A stretch of 64,000 bases of DNA. Source: Dipteris shenzhenensis (lineage: Eukaryota). The translations under genes were made by a program, and so were the position numbers. Below are positions 11,602 through 25,133 of this stretch, one piece after another. Location of the stretch: NCBI GenBank assembly GCA_047967505.1, contig CM106538.1; one strand, 5' to 3'. A model generated the notes under the pieces. It saw only the letters and a list, made by a program, of their open reading frames with translations, was not told the DNA's origin and did not search any database. How positions within the stretch are numbered: position 1 is the stretch's first letter; every line of letters begins with the position of its first letter.

Positions 11602-13549
11602 TGTAGAAATCTGAGTCCTGCGCATAGACATAGAATTGATTGTATTGAATCTTTGGAATGTGTCGATTACATAGGTGTTGATACGACGGTTACAAGAGTT
11701 GCGACCTCTTGGATCTTCCGTGTGTGCATGAGACCTTAATGGTCTTAGTTCCAATAGAAATGCTCTTGATATCCTAGACTAATGAACATAAGTGATGACA
11801 TCGCGGCCCATAAGCTCGTTTGAAATGTGCTTACAGGGCATATTCATTCTCGATAATGGATTCTTTCATCCACCTCATGATACTCCGAAACCCTTTTAAA
11901 GATACCCACTTTCATTCATGGCTTTTCACATGTATGCAAATCAGTTTCATGGGATCCTCATCACTCCGTGGACGTTGGTTCAATTTTGTTCAGTCACTGG
12001 TTGACTATAAGATTATGTTGGATGTTTAAAATGCATGAAAGAAGGGAAAGAGATAGGAGCAATGGAAAGGGGATAGAAAGGATAAATAGGGGAAAGGCAT
12101 AAGTAGGATAAGAGACCTCTTCCTCTTGTAACAAAATGCGGACCCCCTCTCTCAGAGTCCATGACTGGGCTGCTCTCAGTGCATCCTATTTGTGGAGTGA
12201 TCTGACATTGTTGTCACTGCCAAAAGACCTATGGCTCCCCCTCTGTGCATCGCTCAGCCCCCCACAAAATCTGTCAAATCTCTTGAGTAAACCATGAATA
12301 TGATGCTAACCGAAGCAGTAGCAAAGACTACTGGGGAGCGTGGACATCTACACCTCCCTCTAGGGGTCATGGCCACTGGTTGCAAAATGAACTGCTCCCA
12401 AGTACTTCGTTCGGTAGACGGCATCGCTAAGGAGGAGGCTTCACCCTACCTCTTCTCAAACTCTAGATTGTTGAAGTCTCCTCCAACAATCCAAGAGTCT
12501 ACAGCTAGGGGGCTCTCTATAATCTAACCCTAGAAAGAGGGGCGATGCTTGCCATCGACAACCAAGATCTCTATCATGGAGTCTCCCGTTTGTAGGCAAA
12601 TCCAAACCACAACCCCTACTAGGAGCTTACTCAACCTCTATGTAGGAAATGAGTAGTAGCATGCACAACTTACTCAACCTCTACTGTTTCTATTGCAATC
12701 TAGAGCTCCAAAATGTGATATCGTAAATGCCCATTCAGCATCAAGAATAGTGTAATCAAAACATGAGCGATTCCCAACGCACAATTCCACTCATGTAATG
12801 GTTGGTTGCTTCAAGATGTAGCTACAAAATTATAGATAGTGCAATTGATTATGATAAAGAGAGGATGGCTACAAGATCATCTTGCTCAAGGCTCATTGAC
12901 AATTGTTTAGGGGTATACCATGCAATTTTGAAGGCCAAGAAAGCGTACGTAAAATTGACCATCCCATTGCATATGTAGACTTTTCCCCCGATGGAAATAG
13001 CATAGCTCCATGCATTTTTGTCTTTCAGCGACAAGTGAGCATTAGGCTCCAACATGCACAAAAACTTGAAGAGTTTCATGGAATGCTCTCCTGTATCTCT
13101 CTATGAAGGCCAAGTCTTTAAATCTCTTTGACAGATCTTTTGGAAGCCATGGGGACAGACAAGCAATATAATCTAGCAAATAAATTAGATATTTTGGGGT
13201 TGACAAGTGGAATAATTTATGATTAGAAATATTTTAATCTCAGTAACCATCTTCACATGCTAGGTCAATTGTGCATGGATCCTTCTTTACAAGTGTCACA
13301 ATGCTTGTCAAAATCTATAATAAAAAGCAAAGCTTCATAAGAAATGCTTACAATCCATTTAATAGTATGACCTTTTCATTCTAGACTGTCATTTTGAGGT
13401 TACCATTGCGAGGCATGTTATTACAGTTGCCTGTTGCGCCAGTTATGCTAGTTTTTTGGAAGCTGTCTAAATAGAATTCTAGCATGTTTTCAAAATCCTA
13501 GTAAAAGTATCCTTTTATCTTCATGGAAGTTTTACTCTTTTTTTTGCAG

Positions 13550-13667
13550 GGCACCCATTGGACAGGGTTATGGTCTCACTGAAACTTGTGCTGGAGCAAC
13601 CTTTTCAGAATGGGATGTTATTTCTATTGGTCGGGTTGGCCCACTAGTCCCGCATTGCTACAGTAAG
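13550..13667 (+). pseudogene. LACS: Isolated exon of a long-chain acyl-CoA synthetase (LACS8/9-like)
   Basis: TTTTGCAG acceptor, APIGQGYGLTETCAGATFSEWDVISIGRVGPLVPHCYSK, GTATGG donor; carries the GYGLTET AMP-binding motif. Confidence 0.85.
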
Positions 13668-14289
13668 GTATGGTGATGGGAAATCAATGAGTGTTCCCCT
13701 TTGGGACATATTAATTACATGGAACATTTTTGGTCTTGGGGTTCATTGGGGATGGGATACATGTTGATGTCCAAGGACATTACAAATACTGATAGAGCTT
13801 CTGGTAATGTTGAAAAGATTATGTTGGATGTTTAAAATGCTGGAATTATTCAGAATATCTTTGTCTAACATTTAATAGTTACTTGTTCAGCTCATTAGAC
13901 CCATAGATCCATCATGGAACATCTGGAATTGTTAGTAAGCCCCTCATTTGTACATCCTGTATTTGAAACCTTGTATGGTCAGTGTTTGTAAATATATCCC
14001 AATTTTATCATCTATACGGCAACTAAGTTGTGGATTTGATAAGAATTTGCAGATCAGTATTCTAAGAAAAAGTCTTCCACAGAGGAGGGGTCTTTGTTTT
14101 GCTGTGTTCCTCTCTAGCTCCTCTCTTAACTGAATATAGACATCCTCTCAAAGGGTGCTAAAAAAATCCTACTCAAATTGACCAACCTCTCCCCATCTCT
14201 ATGTTGAGGGTTCACAAGCTGCAACGCAAAGTGCTACACGGGAAGATCTCACATTTCTGAGCATCACACTGTGTGATGCAATGATTATT

Positions 14290-14628
14290 AGTGGGTGATG
14301 AGTGAGAATGAGCACCTACAAGCTGAAGTCAGTCATCTAAATGCCATTCTCCAACAAGCCGTCCAAAGGCAAGACCTCAAAAATGCCTACGAGGAGCAAT
14401 GCCGCATCACCGTTGCATATTCTTAGCAAGCGCAAGATGCACAAGCTACTCTCTAACACATTGAAGATGGCAGCCATGTTCACAACTTGGATCCATATTT
14501 TGTGGGCTTGGCAGCCAGAAAACCATCCATCCTTCCATTGCGTATCACTTTTGTGGATGCAGATGGGCCTTTATGTCCAATATGCCAAGATCATTTTGAT
14601 ATGACAACTAGATATTATGCCCTAGGGG
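14290..14628 (+). pseudogene. Truncated coiled-coil plus RING-start fragment
   Basis: ENEHLQAEVSHLNAILQQ...; LCPICQDHFDMTTRYYALG, cut at the junction with a Copia fragment; resembles TCVLCHKDFDTIGWFGLGC in ORF 53205-53510. Confidence 0.5.
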
Positions 14629-14629
14629 G

Positions 14630-15300
14630 AAGTCCCAAGAAAGAGGGAAGTCTCGTAGCAAATCCAGGGCACAGAACATTGAGTGTTACCATTGTGGCAA
14701 GAAGGGCCATATGAAAAAGGATTGCTACAAGCTAAAAAGAGAGCAAAAGGATAAGAAAAAGAATGCAAATTGGGGTGCAAATCAAAAGGAAGAGAGTCCA
14801 AGGGAGGACAAAGGAAAAGTGAAGATCGAGGAGATCAATACAGTCACACATCATAGTGACAATGACGTTCTCTTCATGTCTAGTTTATCTGCAGAGTTGC
14901 TTACCACTTCAGATGATGCATACCTAGGATTGGATTTTGGATTCTGGTGCTTCATTCCATGTTACTCCCCATAGGGAATGGTTCTCCACTTATGACAGTG
15001 GAAAGACAGGTTGTGTGCATCTTGGAAATGACTATGCATGTGACATAGTGGGAGTAGGTGACATAAAATTTTCTTTTGCAAATGGGTTTGCATTTATTTT
15101 GAAAAATGTGAGACATGTGCCTAAGTTGACCAAGAGTCTTATTTCAGTGGGTTAGCTAGATGATGCTGGTTTTCACACCACTTTTGGCTTTCAGAGTTGG
15201 AAAATTCAGAAGGGCTCTATGCTTTTGGCCAGGGGTGCCAAGTGTGGGACTTTGTATCCCTTACAAGTTTCAAGACTCCCTCCACCGTAAGCACCGCTTG
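14630..15300 (+). mobile_element. Ty1/Copia gag-protease fragment
   Basis: ECYHCGKKGHMKKDC zinc knuckle, WILDSGASFHVTP protease motif, LKNVRHVPKLTKSLISVG*LDDAG. Confidence 0.92.
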
Positions 15301-15310
15301 GTTTGGCTGA

Positions 15311-15404
15311 ATTCTCCGTTTACTAAATAATTCAGCTAGATGAGTGCCCATGTGATGTTGATCGAGGGGCAAAGATTTCTCACAAAATCTCCCCCGCCCA
15401 CACA

Positions 15405-15440
<36 letters not shown>

Positions 15441-15610
15441 GGGCCATTGCCTTCTCCTCTTGACCTTGGTTGTAAAATGGAAATCTATCTTATTCAAAAC
15501 GTCCATTAAGTGAAACACAAATGGCATACAAAGATGGAAAGTGGGCCATTAACATTTTCAGATAGCAAGTGATTGAACAATGTGTCGTGATAGATTGCTT
15601 GGTCATTATA
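15311..15610 (+). repeat. Interspersed repeat with (CA)n(CT)n core, copy 2
   Basis: Homologous to 8487-8770; directly truncates the Copia fragment. Confidence 0.85.
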
Positions 15611-18197
15611 GTTGGGAAGCACTTGGAGCTTCCTTTTGTAGATATCTATGTTGTGATAGTATTCTAACATATTGCAACTTACAACATCAATAAGTGCTTT
15701 CTGCGTGCCATTTAGAACTGCTAGGTTTTGTTTTTTGTTAAACTATTCATGAAATGCGAGTCCATCTCTCTTCTACTTCTGGTGGTTTTTTGATCGCAGA
15801 CATTGTGATCGCAGGTTAGAGCAGCTTTTGCCTTCGAGAATTTACTACCCAAACTCTACTCACAAACTGCAGGTCTCGCCCCCTTGCTCTTGTGATAGTA
15901 TTCAAACATACATCCATTCATTCCTCGAATTGGAGCAACAAAGTTCACAAAAATTAGTTCTAAAATAAGGGAGTACAAGCCATAGCTCTACACGTCGATT
16001 AGTAAAATATAACCACCGATTTCACTTCATTCCAAGTGCTAGGTTGAGGCTGTCGCAATGGATCAGGAGGTGTTTCCAAAGAAGAAAGTGTGTGTGAAAA
16101 ATGTTGTATGAATCAACTGCAATACTAGTCCAAAATCTCTTCATTCAAGCTACAACTGCTTGTGAAGTCTAAACATTTTCATTTTAGTCTCTCCCCAACG
16201 AGCATCTAAATCTAAATAGCAGTTTGATGGTGAAAAGTACAGTGCACCAATGCATATTTTCCATAGTTTCCATGCACACCAAATATTTATGCATATAACC
16301 ATGGTGGCTGCCCCTTGGCCTCCTTTGCCCCACTCTCTCCCAGTCCTCCTAGCAATGCCTTGTGCCTCCCCTTGCCTCGTGGAAATAGTAGCCCTCCTGG
16401 CAAGCATTTGCTCTCTGCTGCACACCGACCTCTGCTCATCCATTGCTTCAACTTGCCTAGCCATGTGGTTGCCCTGCTATCCGCCAAAATTCCTAGCTAT
16501 GGTGAAAGGGAGGTGGCTCAATGGGTTTCTTTGTGCCCCCCTCAACCCTATGTACATTAGGTTAGCTACTTCTTGTTAAATTATGCTAGGTTTCATTATT
16601 ACTGTACATTGTGTTAATTGGAATAGCTTATGTTAGCTTCTGTTAAGTAGAAGTGCCAATACCTTAATGCCAATTTATGAAATTTAATGTGGATTGGTTT
16701 TATGCATGTGAATTTTCTACTTAGAAAATGAAAAATATAGGTGCTCGAATCACTCTCATATCATCTAGATTACAAGAGTTACAAATTCTCAACAAAACGC
16801 TCACAAAATGGTGCTTATTATGTCTGAGATACACTATGCAAAATAGTGCAAAACTACAATTAGGCCCATTAAACAGATTTCTATAGCTTTGCAATCCGGA
16901 AACAAGATTTCTCTTCATGCCATGTTATGAATTGTAGTCATCTATACGTTCTATAAGTTGTACCGTGAGATGCTCTTGGAAAGATATTAGTCACCAAAAA
17001 ATGTAGCCTTAATGTCATACCACACTCTTATACACTCCACCTATGTCAAGAAGATGTAGAATTCTTCACAATTGTTTAGACCAAAAGTAATGGAAAATAA
17101 GTTGCCCAAGAAGAATGCAACTCAGAAAACAATCGAGTAGCCACATCTTCCTGTCTTCTATGTCCCTTCATCACAAAATCAACATCTAATACCTCTCTAA
17201 TACATGACAATAATATAAATTATATCTCAATTATATATGCACATAGCTTATTGCATCACTGCATGTATGACTATAATATAACTGCATTTAGGACCTATGC
17301 TCCAATGCCATGCTAACACCTATGTGTAACCACATCCATGACAACTCGGGGAGATTTTAGCATTGTCCTTCTAATAACTAATCCACCACTAGATGCCACA
17401 ATCAACAAGATGCCATTTCTAGGCATTTTTAGGCATTGTGTAGCATATGCCGCAAATAACAAGATGACATTTCTAGGCATTGTGTAGCATATATAATACC
17501 TCAAGAAAAGATATGGTCTAAGAAGCTAGAAAGGGTCTTCTTTAATCTTTGAAGATACCATTTATAAGAGCCTTCTTTAGCTCTCAATGTAGTAGACACA
17601 AGGGCTTATGTTCTCCTAACCTAGAAATAGTTTTATTCTTTCATTTACTTTAAATTGATCATGTTTACCATATTCTAGTTCAAACTGTAACTGGTAGTGA
17701 TGCTCATGGTACTTGCTAATCTACAACTCTAGGAAAAAGTGCGTGAAAAACCCTCAAACATAATGGGATTCTCACTCAATGACAATTTTCCTTTTGCTTT
17801 GATCCCTTGTTGCTATATGGGTACTATATTTTCCCAAGTGGGAGAATCCTTTTGAATAGGGCTATCTAAAAATAAATACCTTACTTCTTTACTCTCACAG
17901 GTTTTATCCGATGGATTTAATTATAGAAGTGTTTCTCCCCTATCTATCCATTTTCAAATAATAGATCAATTGTTTGAGAGCCTGAAGGATCTTTACAAAG
18001 GCAGTGCTAAATAGACTGAGTAGAACCAAAGAAAATCAAGTATAAGAGGCATCAACTTCAAAAATACTCCTCCACCATTGATTCAGTGCAATCCCTCTGT
18101 GGATAGAAAGAAAAAGAAAGAGAGTGACGAGATAAAAAAACTTCAAAAAATGAATTCAAAATTAATGGTGTTCATCAAGATTAGAGATCAATGTATG

Positions 18198-18441
18198 CAA
18201 GAAAGCATAGCATCCTAATCTCATCCTAATGAAAAGGCCAAAAAAGAGCAATAAAGAGAGAAAATCATAGCATCATAATCTCATCCTAATGCAAAGGCCA
18301 AAAAGAGCAATAAAGAGAGAAAAGGTTTTTAGAATTCTCTAGAATTCAAGAAAGCATAGTATCCTAATCTCATCCTAATGCAAAGGCCAAAAAGAGCAAT
18401 AAAGAGAGAAAAGGTTTTTAGAATTCTCTAGAATTCAAGAA
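18198..18441 (+). repeat. Short tandem repeat, about 3 copies
   Basis: CATAGCATCCTAATCTCATCCTAATGCAAAGGCCAAAAAGAGCAATAAAGAGAGAAAA repeated. Confidence 0.85.
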
Positions 18442-18569
18442 AATGCAAGAGGAGTGCTTACTCATTTCAAAAGGAAAATGCCAGTAATAGCATTTCAAAA
18501 TGTCCCATGACATAAGCCACTCTATGCAAATATCCATGTCACATGTTGCAAGCTTCTGGACAAATTTTA

Positions 18570-18713
18570 ATATAAAACGCCCTTTTGTATATTAACCTTT
18601 GGGTATTAAATTACTTCCTTATGTATATATAAATCTGTAAGTAATTGAATTAATAAAAACCCATCTGTTGAACTCACGTGATAGGGTTACATATGATGAG
18701 TGACCCCCCCGAG
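18570..18713 (-). mobile_element. Partial CTCGGGGG-family MITE (one arm)
   Basis: TTGAACTCACGTGATAGGGTTACATATGATGAGTGACCCCCCCGAG is the near-exact reverse complement of the left arm at 37203. Confidence 0.8.
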
Positions 18714-18717
18714 TTTG

Positions 18718-18821
18718 CAATGCAGATGCACTAATTGATGCACTCGTATTTTCACTATTCTAATAGTGCCTATAGACGTGCCCACTATTTTGCGTGTCTA
18801 TAGTTGCTTTGTCTTGTTGTG
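18718..18821 (+). mobile_element. Orphan right terminus of the CACAA-ended CACTA family
   Basis: GCCTATAGACGTGCCCACTATTTTG...GCTTTGTCTTGTTGTG matches 44620-44688. Confidence 0.85.
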
Positions 18822-19349
18822 GCATGCATGCCTATTGAAAAAGTATATCTATTGAAATCAAAATATCTTGGAAGGACAAAGGTAATCCACTTCTAAAGAT
18901 ATCTTTGGTTAGTATGACAAGTGTCTTCCCTTGCTTCAAAAGATTCCCAACAAACCTTTGACCTATGATGGTTTGTACCATAGGAAATTTTTTATTTGTT
19001 TTTTATTTGGTAAACGTCACTATATAGCGACGATTAATAGAACAAAAAAAAAAGGGTTAGTGGGGCTAAACAGGGCTTGCTATGGCCCTATTTAGCCCCA
19101 CTAATCCTTTTTTTGGGTAATTACAAAACAAAGTTTTTTTATAACAAAATTTCCCTTGCGAAAAGGGTGATACAAAATCGCTCAAATGAAATGATCGAGC
19201 AACAAAAGCATATACATGTCGGACATATATAACATTGTTTGTAACAAAATTACCCTTTTGAAAGGGCGATACAAAATTGCTCAAACGAGCGGATATACAA
19301 AATGGCATACAGGGCGAAGAAAATGCTACTACCACTACTACTACTACTA

Positions 19350-22300
19350 CTACTCATCCGAATCCAAATCGTCCTCATCTTGTTGGCCTGTTCCTTAGTC
19401 CTCGTCAGCTGCGTCTTCTCCCGCATCCTCGTCACGTGCGTTTGATCCCTGGCCCTATTGATTGCTCGCCTCTGATGATGGGACACTTGAGCTTTGACCC
19501 TCAGAGTGAACCATATAAATCAAAAATTAGATTGGAACTTAAAGAATAAAACAATTTAAAAAGTGAGATTACAAGTAGGAGTAAACTTATATCGTGCGAG
19601 CAGCCACCTCAGCCCAATCGACTGTCGCTCCCATTGCCTCTTGCTCAATAAACCACAGCTTTGTTCCTATCCGAAATGCATGTCGCGTCTTTGCATTTGT
19701 AGGAAGATGACCCATCACAGCTTGCTATGGATCCAATTTACGAGAGTTAGAGTTAGCTAAAGTGCATGTAATATGTAGTAAAACAAATAGAACAATACAT
19801 TAAATGAGAAGAAGTAGACTTACCACGGTTGCCTCGAACGCCAACCGTCTGCCTGCACCAAAGTGTGAAGTACCTACGACATCCAGCCGTCTCTTTGCAG
19901 CCCTCCTCTGACCCTCAAACAATTCGAGATGGTCCCTATTTTGCTTCTTGAAGAACTTCCAATCAGCTTTGTCTGCCCAGCTGGGTTTAGCCAACCCCTT
20001 TGTGATGGAAGTATGCAAGGTTGATCTACGATCCTTCAAGACCAAACCCATGTGCTCTCGCATATAATCCTCGTTAAACTCCCACTTTGGTGGGTTAGGG
20101 TATTTTTGTTTTAACTCATCGATGACCGCCTGCTTCTTTTGGCCATCTTGATACCGCCAATCGGTAGTAATGCTGCTCTTAAAGTGATGGCTCATCAACC
20201 TCCTCATGGTGGCAATCACTGCTTTGCCCTTTCTATCTTCTATTATCTCTCCGGCAGCTGTGATTTGATAGGAGAGATCCCCTCATGAGTAAGGAAGACT
20301 GACAGTAGCAGAGTTAGAAGGAGTGGAAGCTGCGCGAGCGCTTCCGGAGTGAGGAGTAGCAGTGGGAGTAGGAGAGGGAAAGGGACCTGACTGATACTGT
20401 GTCTCCGGACCAAGTGGAAACCTGTAGGAACGTGAGTGTGTTGACTCGTCTACATCTCCCGAGTCAGCACAACATAAGCTACCCTTCCTACTCTTCCTTC
20501 CCTTACGAGAGGCATGCACAGGTGATGACCCCTTGGTCAAAGGGGCACGAGGGGATGGCTGGGCAGTACGTCCACCCATCGATGTAGGGAAGGGAATTGC
20601 TGAGGTCCTCTGAGATAGTAGAGAGAAGCATCTCGCTGCCTCCTCATCACTCATCTATGCTACAAATTCATCGAGACTCCCGATAAAGCCATGCACGGCT
20701 AGCAAAGGAGTTTCCTGAGGGGTAGTCGTAGTGCTACATGGAAGAGGAGTTAGACCAGGGGTAGTCGTAGTGCTAGGTCCGAGAGGAGTCAGACCAGGGG
20801 TAGTCCTCAGGGTAGTCACTTGAGAAGAATCAAAGTCCTCTGGAGCATAAAGATCATGAGCTCTTCTCCTGCGAGGCTGTCCGTACTCATCGGATGAGCG
20901 ACGTGATCCCATGTCTAACATAGACACAAACACAAAAACAAAAAACAAAAAAACAAACATAAGCATAGGCATAGGCATAGGCATAGCCAACGAGGGAAAG
21001 AAGAGGAAGAAGAGGAAGTGAAAGAGGAAGAAGAGGAAGAGGAATCTGAAGAGGGAGAGAAGAGGGAAAAGAGAAGGGGGAGGAGAAGAGGAAGAAGAGG
21101 GAAAGGAAAGAGGGAAAGAAGAGGAGAGAAGAGGGAAAGGAAGAGGAAGAAGAGAAAGAAGAGGGAGAGAAGAGGAAGAAGAGAGAAAGAAGAGAGAAAG
21201 AAGAGGGGAAGGAGAGGGAAAGGAGAGGGGAAGAGAGCAAAAGAGAGAAGAGCATAAGAGAAGAGGAATCTCTTATGCTCATGCATAAGCATAAGCATTC
21301 TTATGTTTATGCATGAGCATAAGAGAAGGGGGAAAGAGAGAAGAGGAAGAGAAGAAGAGGAAGAGAGAAGGGGGAAATAGAGAAGAGCATAAGAGAAGAG
21401 GAATCTCTTATGCTCATGCATAAGCATAAGCATTCTTATGCTCATGCTTATGTTTATGCATGAGCATAAGAGAAGGGGGAAAGAGAGAAGAAGAGGAAGA
21501 GAAGAAGAGGAAGAGAAGAGGAATCTGAAGAAGAGGGAAGAGAAGAGGGAAATGAGAGAAGAGCATAAGAGAAGAGGAATCTCTTATGCTCATGCATAAG
21601 CATAAGCATTCTTATGCTCATGCTTATGTTTATGCATGAGCATAAAAGAAGGGGGAAAGAGAGAAGAGGAAGAGAATAAGAAAAAGAGAGCATAAGAGCA
21701 GAGGGAAATGAGAGAAGAGCATAAGAGGAAGAGAAGGGGGAAAAAAGAGCATAAGAGAAGAGCATAAGAGAAGAGGGAAATGAGAGAAGAGCATAAGAGA
21801 AGGGGGAAATAGAGAATAAGAGGGAAAGGAAAGAGGGAAAGGAAAGAGAGAAGGGGGAAAGAGAGAATAAGAGAAGGGGGAAAAAAGAGAGCATATGTCT
21901 ACAAGTTCGCTTATGCTCATGCATAAGCATAAGCATGAGCATATGTCTCATTTTCTTATGCTCATGCTTATGCTTAAGCATAAGCATAAGCATAAGCTCA
22001 TGCTTATGCTTATGCATGAGCATAAGAGAAGGGGGAAATAGAGAATAAGAGCGAAAGGAAAGGGGAAAGGAAAGCGAGAAGGGGGAAAGAGAGAATAAGA
22101 GAAGGGAGGAAAAAGAGACATATGCTCATGCTTATGCATGAGCATATGTCTACTTCTCTTATGCTCATGCACAAGCATAAGCATGAGCATATGTCTCATT
22201 TTCTTATGCTCATGCTTATGCTTAAGCATAAGCATAAGCATAAGCATAAGCTCATGCTTATGCTTATGCATGAACATAAGAGAAGGGGGAAATAGAGAAT

Positions 22301-22990
22301 AAGAGGGAAAGGAAAGGGGAAAGGAAAGCGAGAAGGGGGAAAGAGAGAATAAGAGAAGGGAGGAAAAAGAGACATATGCTCATGCTTATGCATGAGCATA
22401 TGTCTACTTCTCTTATGCTCATGCACAAGCATAAGCATGAGCAAATGTCTCATTTTCTTATGCTGATGCTTATGCTTAAGCATAAGCATAAGCATAAGCT
22501 CATGCTTATGCTTATGCATGAGCATAAGAGAAGGGGGAAATAGAGAACAAGAGGGAAAGGAAAGGGGAAAGGAAAGCGAGAAGGGGGAAAGAGAGAATAA
22601 GAGAAGGGGGAAAAAAGAGACATATGCTTATGCATGAACATAAGAGAAGGAGGAAATAGAGAATAAGAGGGAAAGGAAAGAGGGAAAGGAAAGAGGGGGA
22701 AAGGAAAGAGAGAAGGGGGAAAGAGAGAATAAGAGAAGGGGGAAAAAGAAGACATAAGGAAAGAGGGAAAAAGAGGAAAAGAAAGAGAGAAGAAGAGGAA
22801 AAGGAAAGAGAGAAAAAGAGGAGGAAATAGATTGAAGGAGGGAAGAAAGAAAGAGTTTGAGGGGAAGAGAGGGTTCCTACACCCATCAGTGCAGCTAGCG
22901 CTTAAGGCGCTAGCTGCAAGCCGATGCAAATAACAAAAATAATAAATGGAAAAAGAGGAAGCACTTACCTGAAATAGTACGTCCCGCTTG
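19350..22990 (-). pseudogene. TnpA/Ptta-like accessory gene of family 1, spliced and disrupted
   Basis: ATG at 20912 after a 5' intron; Ser/Pro-rich N-terminus; KYPNPPKWEF...KPSWADKADWKFFKK...SHFGAG; GTAAGT donor near 19823; acidic C-terminal tail; stops at 20655 and 20283. Confidence 0.7.
20915..22968 (-). repeat. 2-kb intron filled with (GCATAA)n and GA-rich repeats, ~248-bp higher-order unit
   Basis: Minus-strand CAG|GTAAG donor at 22968 and TTAG|AC acceptor at 20915; near-identical ORFs at 21948 and 22196 are offset by 248 bp. Confidence 0.8.
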
Positions 22991-24470
22991 GTGTTGTGGA
23001 CTGGCCCTACAAAAGAGAGGAAACAACCAATTTTTTCAAATAAGATGTTAGAGGAAGGAGGAGATTACAAAAGTAACTTCTTGAAAGGAGGAGATTAAGG
23101 AGACAAGGAAAGGAGGAGATTGAGGAGACAAGGAGAAAGAGAAGGAAGAGAAATACAAAAAAAAGAGGTGAGTCTTCTTTCTTTCTTGAAATCTCGTTTT
23201 TTGTTTCAATCCTTTGAAAACAAGCATGAAAACTAGTTTACAGGTTTAGCAATACAAGGAGAAGCACTCACAAAACTAAAGCTAACAGACAAACAACCTA
23301 CATTGTTGAAACAAACTCACCTCTTGAAGAACTTCCTTTCAAGAAACCAAAGAGGGAAAAGGGTAGAGAGGGAGTACAAGAGCTAGGAGAAGGGTGAGGA
23401 GTGGAGAATAGAGTGGGAGGTTGTCGGAAATAGGTGGGAGATCGTCAAAAATAGGTGGGAGGAGAGATTGGCTTGCTTACTTAAGAGATTAGAGAAGAGG
23501 ATAAAGAAAGCACCACGCGACAAGAGTCTCGGGTTTTAACCCACAGCGTCGCTATATAGCGACACTTATCCGTCGCCATATAGCGACGTTTTTAATTAAA
23601 AACGTCACTATATAGCGATGGAATAGAGCAAAAAGTCGCTATATAGCGACACTTACAGTCACTTTTTTGTTGTAGCATGAAAAAAAGCTCATAGATGCTA
23701 TTTTATAACTGTTAATATCTCTTCTTCATACTTATGTTGTGATTTTATAAGTGTAGATGGAAGGGACGAGTGGAAGCTCGTCCGATGATGCGCCCAACGC
23801 CCGAGAGCACGAAGTGGCTTACGGAGAGGTTATACTATCATTGCACTCATTGCAAGCGAGAAGTACTATCATGCGCCACTTGCGGATGTATGGGGAGGAG
23901 CCGGAACCAGTACCCACTGTTGGTGTTGCACGTGTTGATGGACCATCGGTAAGTCAAAGCTATTTAAGTTCGTAGTCTTATTGTATAATAGGAAATACAA
24001 GATCTTATATTTACACGAAATCTTAAAACAGGATGAGGAGGCTGACGAGGGTACGCATATACCTTCTCACTTTCAGCAAGACTATAGTCTCCCGGATGAT
24101 GACGAGGGTATGGTCGACATGATGGATTCCATTTTTAGGGGCACTACATCCCATGTACATGTGATGTCAGAGTCTGAGGTCAAAATGCAAGAGTTGCAAT
24201 CAACACAATTGTATGAGGGTGCTACGATGTCTAAACTACATGCTTGTCTCTCAATCTTGAATCTACAAGTAAAGTATGGGTGGTCGGATACAAGTGTCTC
24301 GGCCTTAATGAGGTTAGCTCTTGCATTAATTTGACTCATTATTTGGATATTGTTTGTTTTGAGAATCATCATTTGGATAGTGTATACCGAATCATCATTG
24401 TTCGAAGCCTATGTATGTTTTAAATTGTAACAGGTTGCTCCAGAAGATGTTGCCTGCACCAAATACCATG

Positions 24471-25133
24471 CCCACATCAAGAGATGAAGTGAAAAAGATG
24501 CTAACAATGGTGGGTATGGATTATGATACCATCCATGCTTGCTGTAATGATTGTATTCTCTTTCGTCGTGAGCATGGAGATTTGGCTAGTTGTCCAAAGT
24601 GTGGGGAACAACGATATAGAGATGACTCGCTGAGCGGATATTAGTAAAGGTCTTGAGACACTTTCCCATCATTGCAAGAATACAACACATGTTCCGATGC
24701 AAATCCATAGCAGAGTTGATGACATCGCATGCATTTCATCGGTCCACTGATGACACATTGAGGATTCCCGTAGATTATGCAGCTTGGAAGCACATAGATA
24801 GCCCACATCAAGAGATGAAGCAAAAAAGATGCTAACAACGGTGGGTATGGATTATGATACCATCCATGCTTGCCGTAATGATTGTATTCTCTTTCGTCGT
24901 GAGCGTGGAGATTTGGCTAGTTGTCCAAAGTGTGGGGAACAACGATATAGAGATGACTTGCAGGGTGAGCGGATACCAGTAAAGGTCTTGAGACACTTTC
25001 CCATCATTGCAAGAATACAACACATGCTTCGATGCAAATCCATAGCGGAGTTGATGACATGGCTTGCATCTCATCGGTCCACTGATGACACATTGAGGAT
25101 TCCTGCAGATTGTGCAGCTTGGAAGCACATAGA
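24471..25133 (+). repeat. 331-bp tandem duplication within a TNP2 exon
   Basis: CCCACATCAAGAGATGAAG begins at 24471 and 24802; both units end ...GGAAGCACATAGATA. Confidence 0.95.

Noticed and set aside
20887-22929. Long Leu/Phe/Ser- or His/Met-rich ORFs
   Set aside because: Artefacts of simple-sequence repeats inside an intron.
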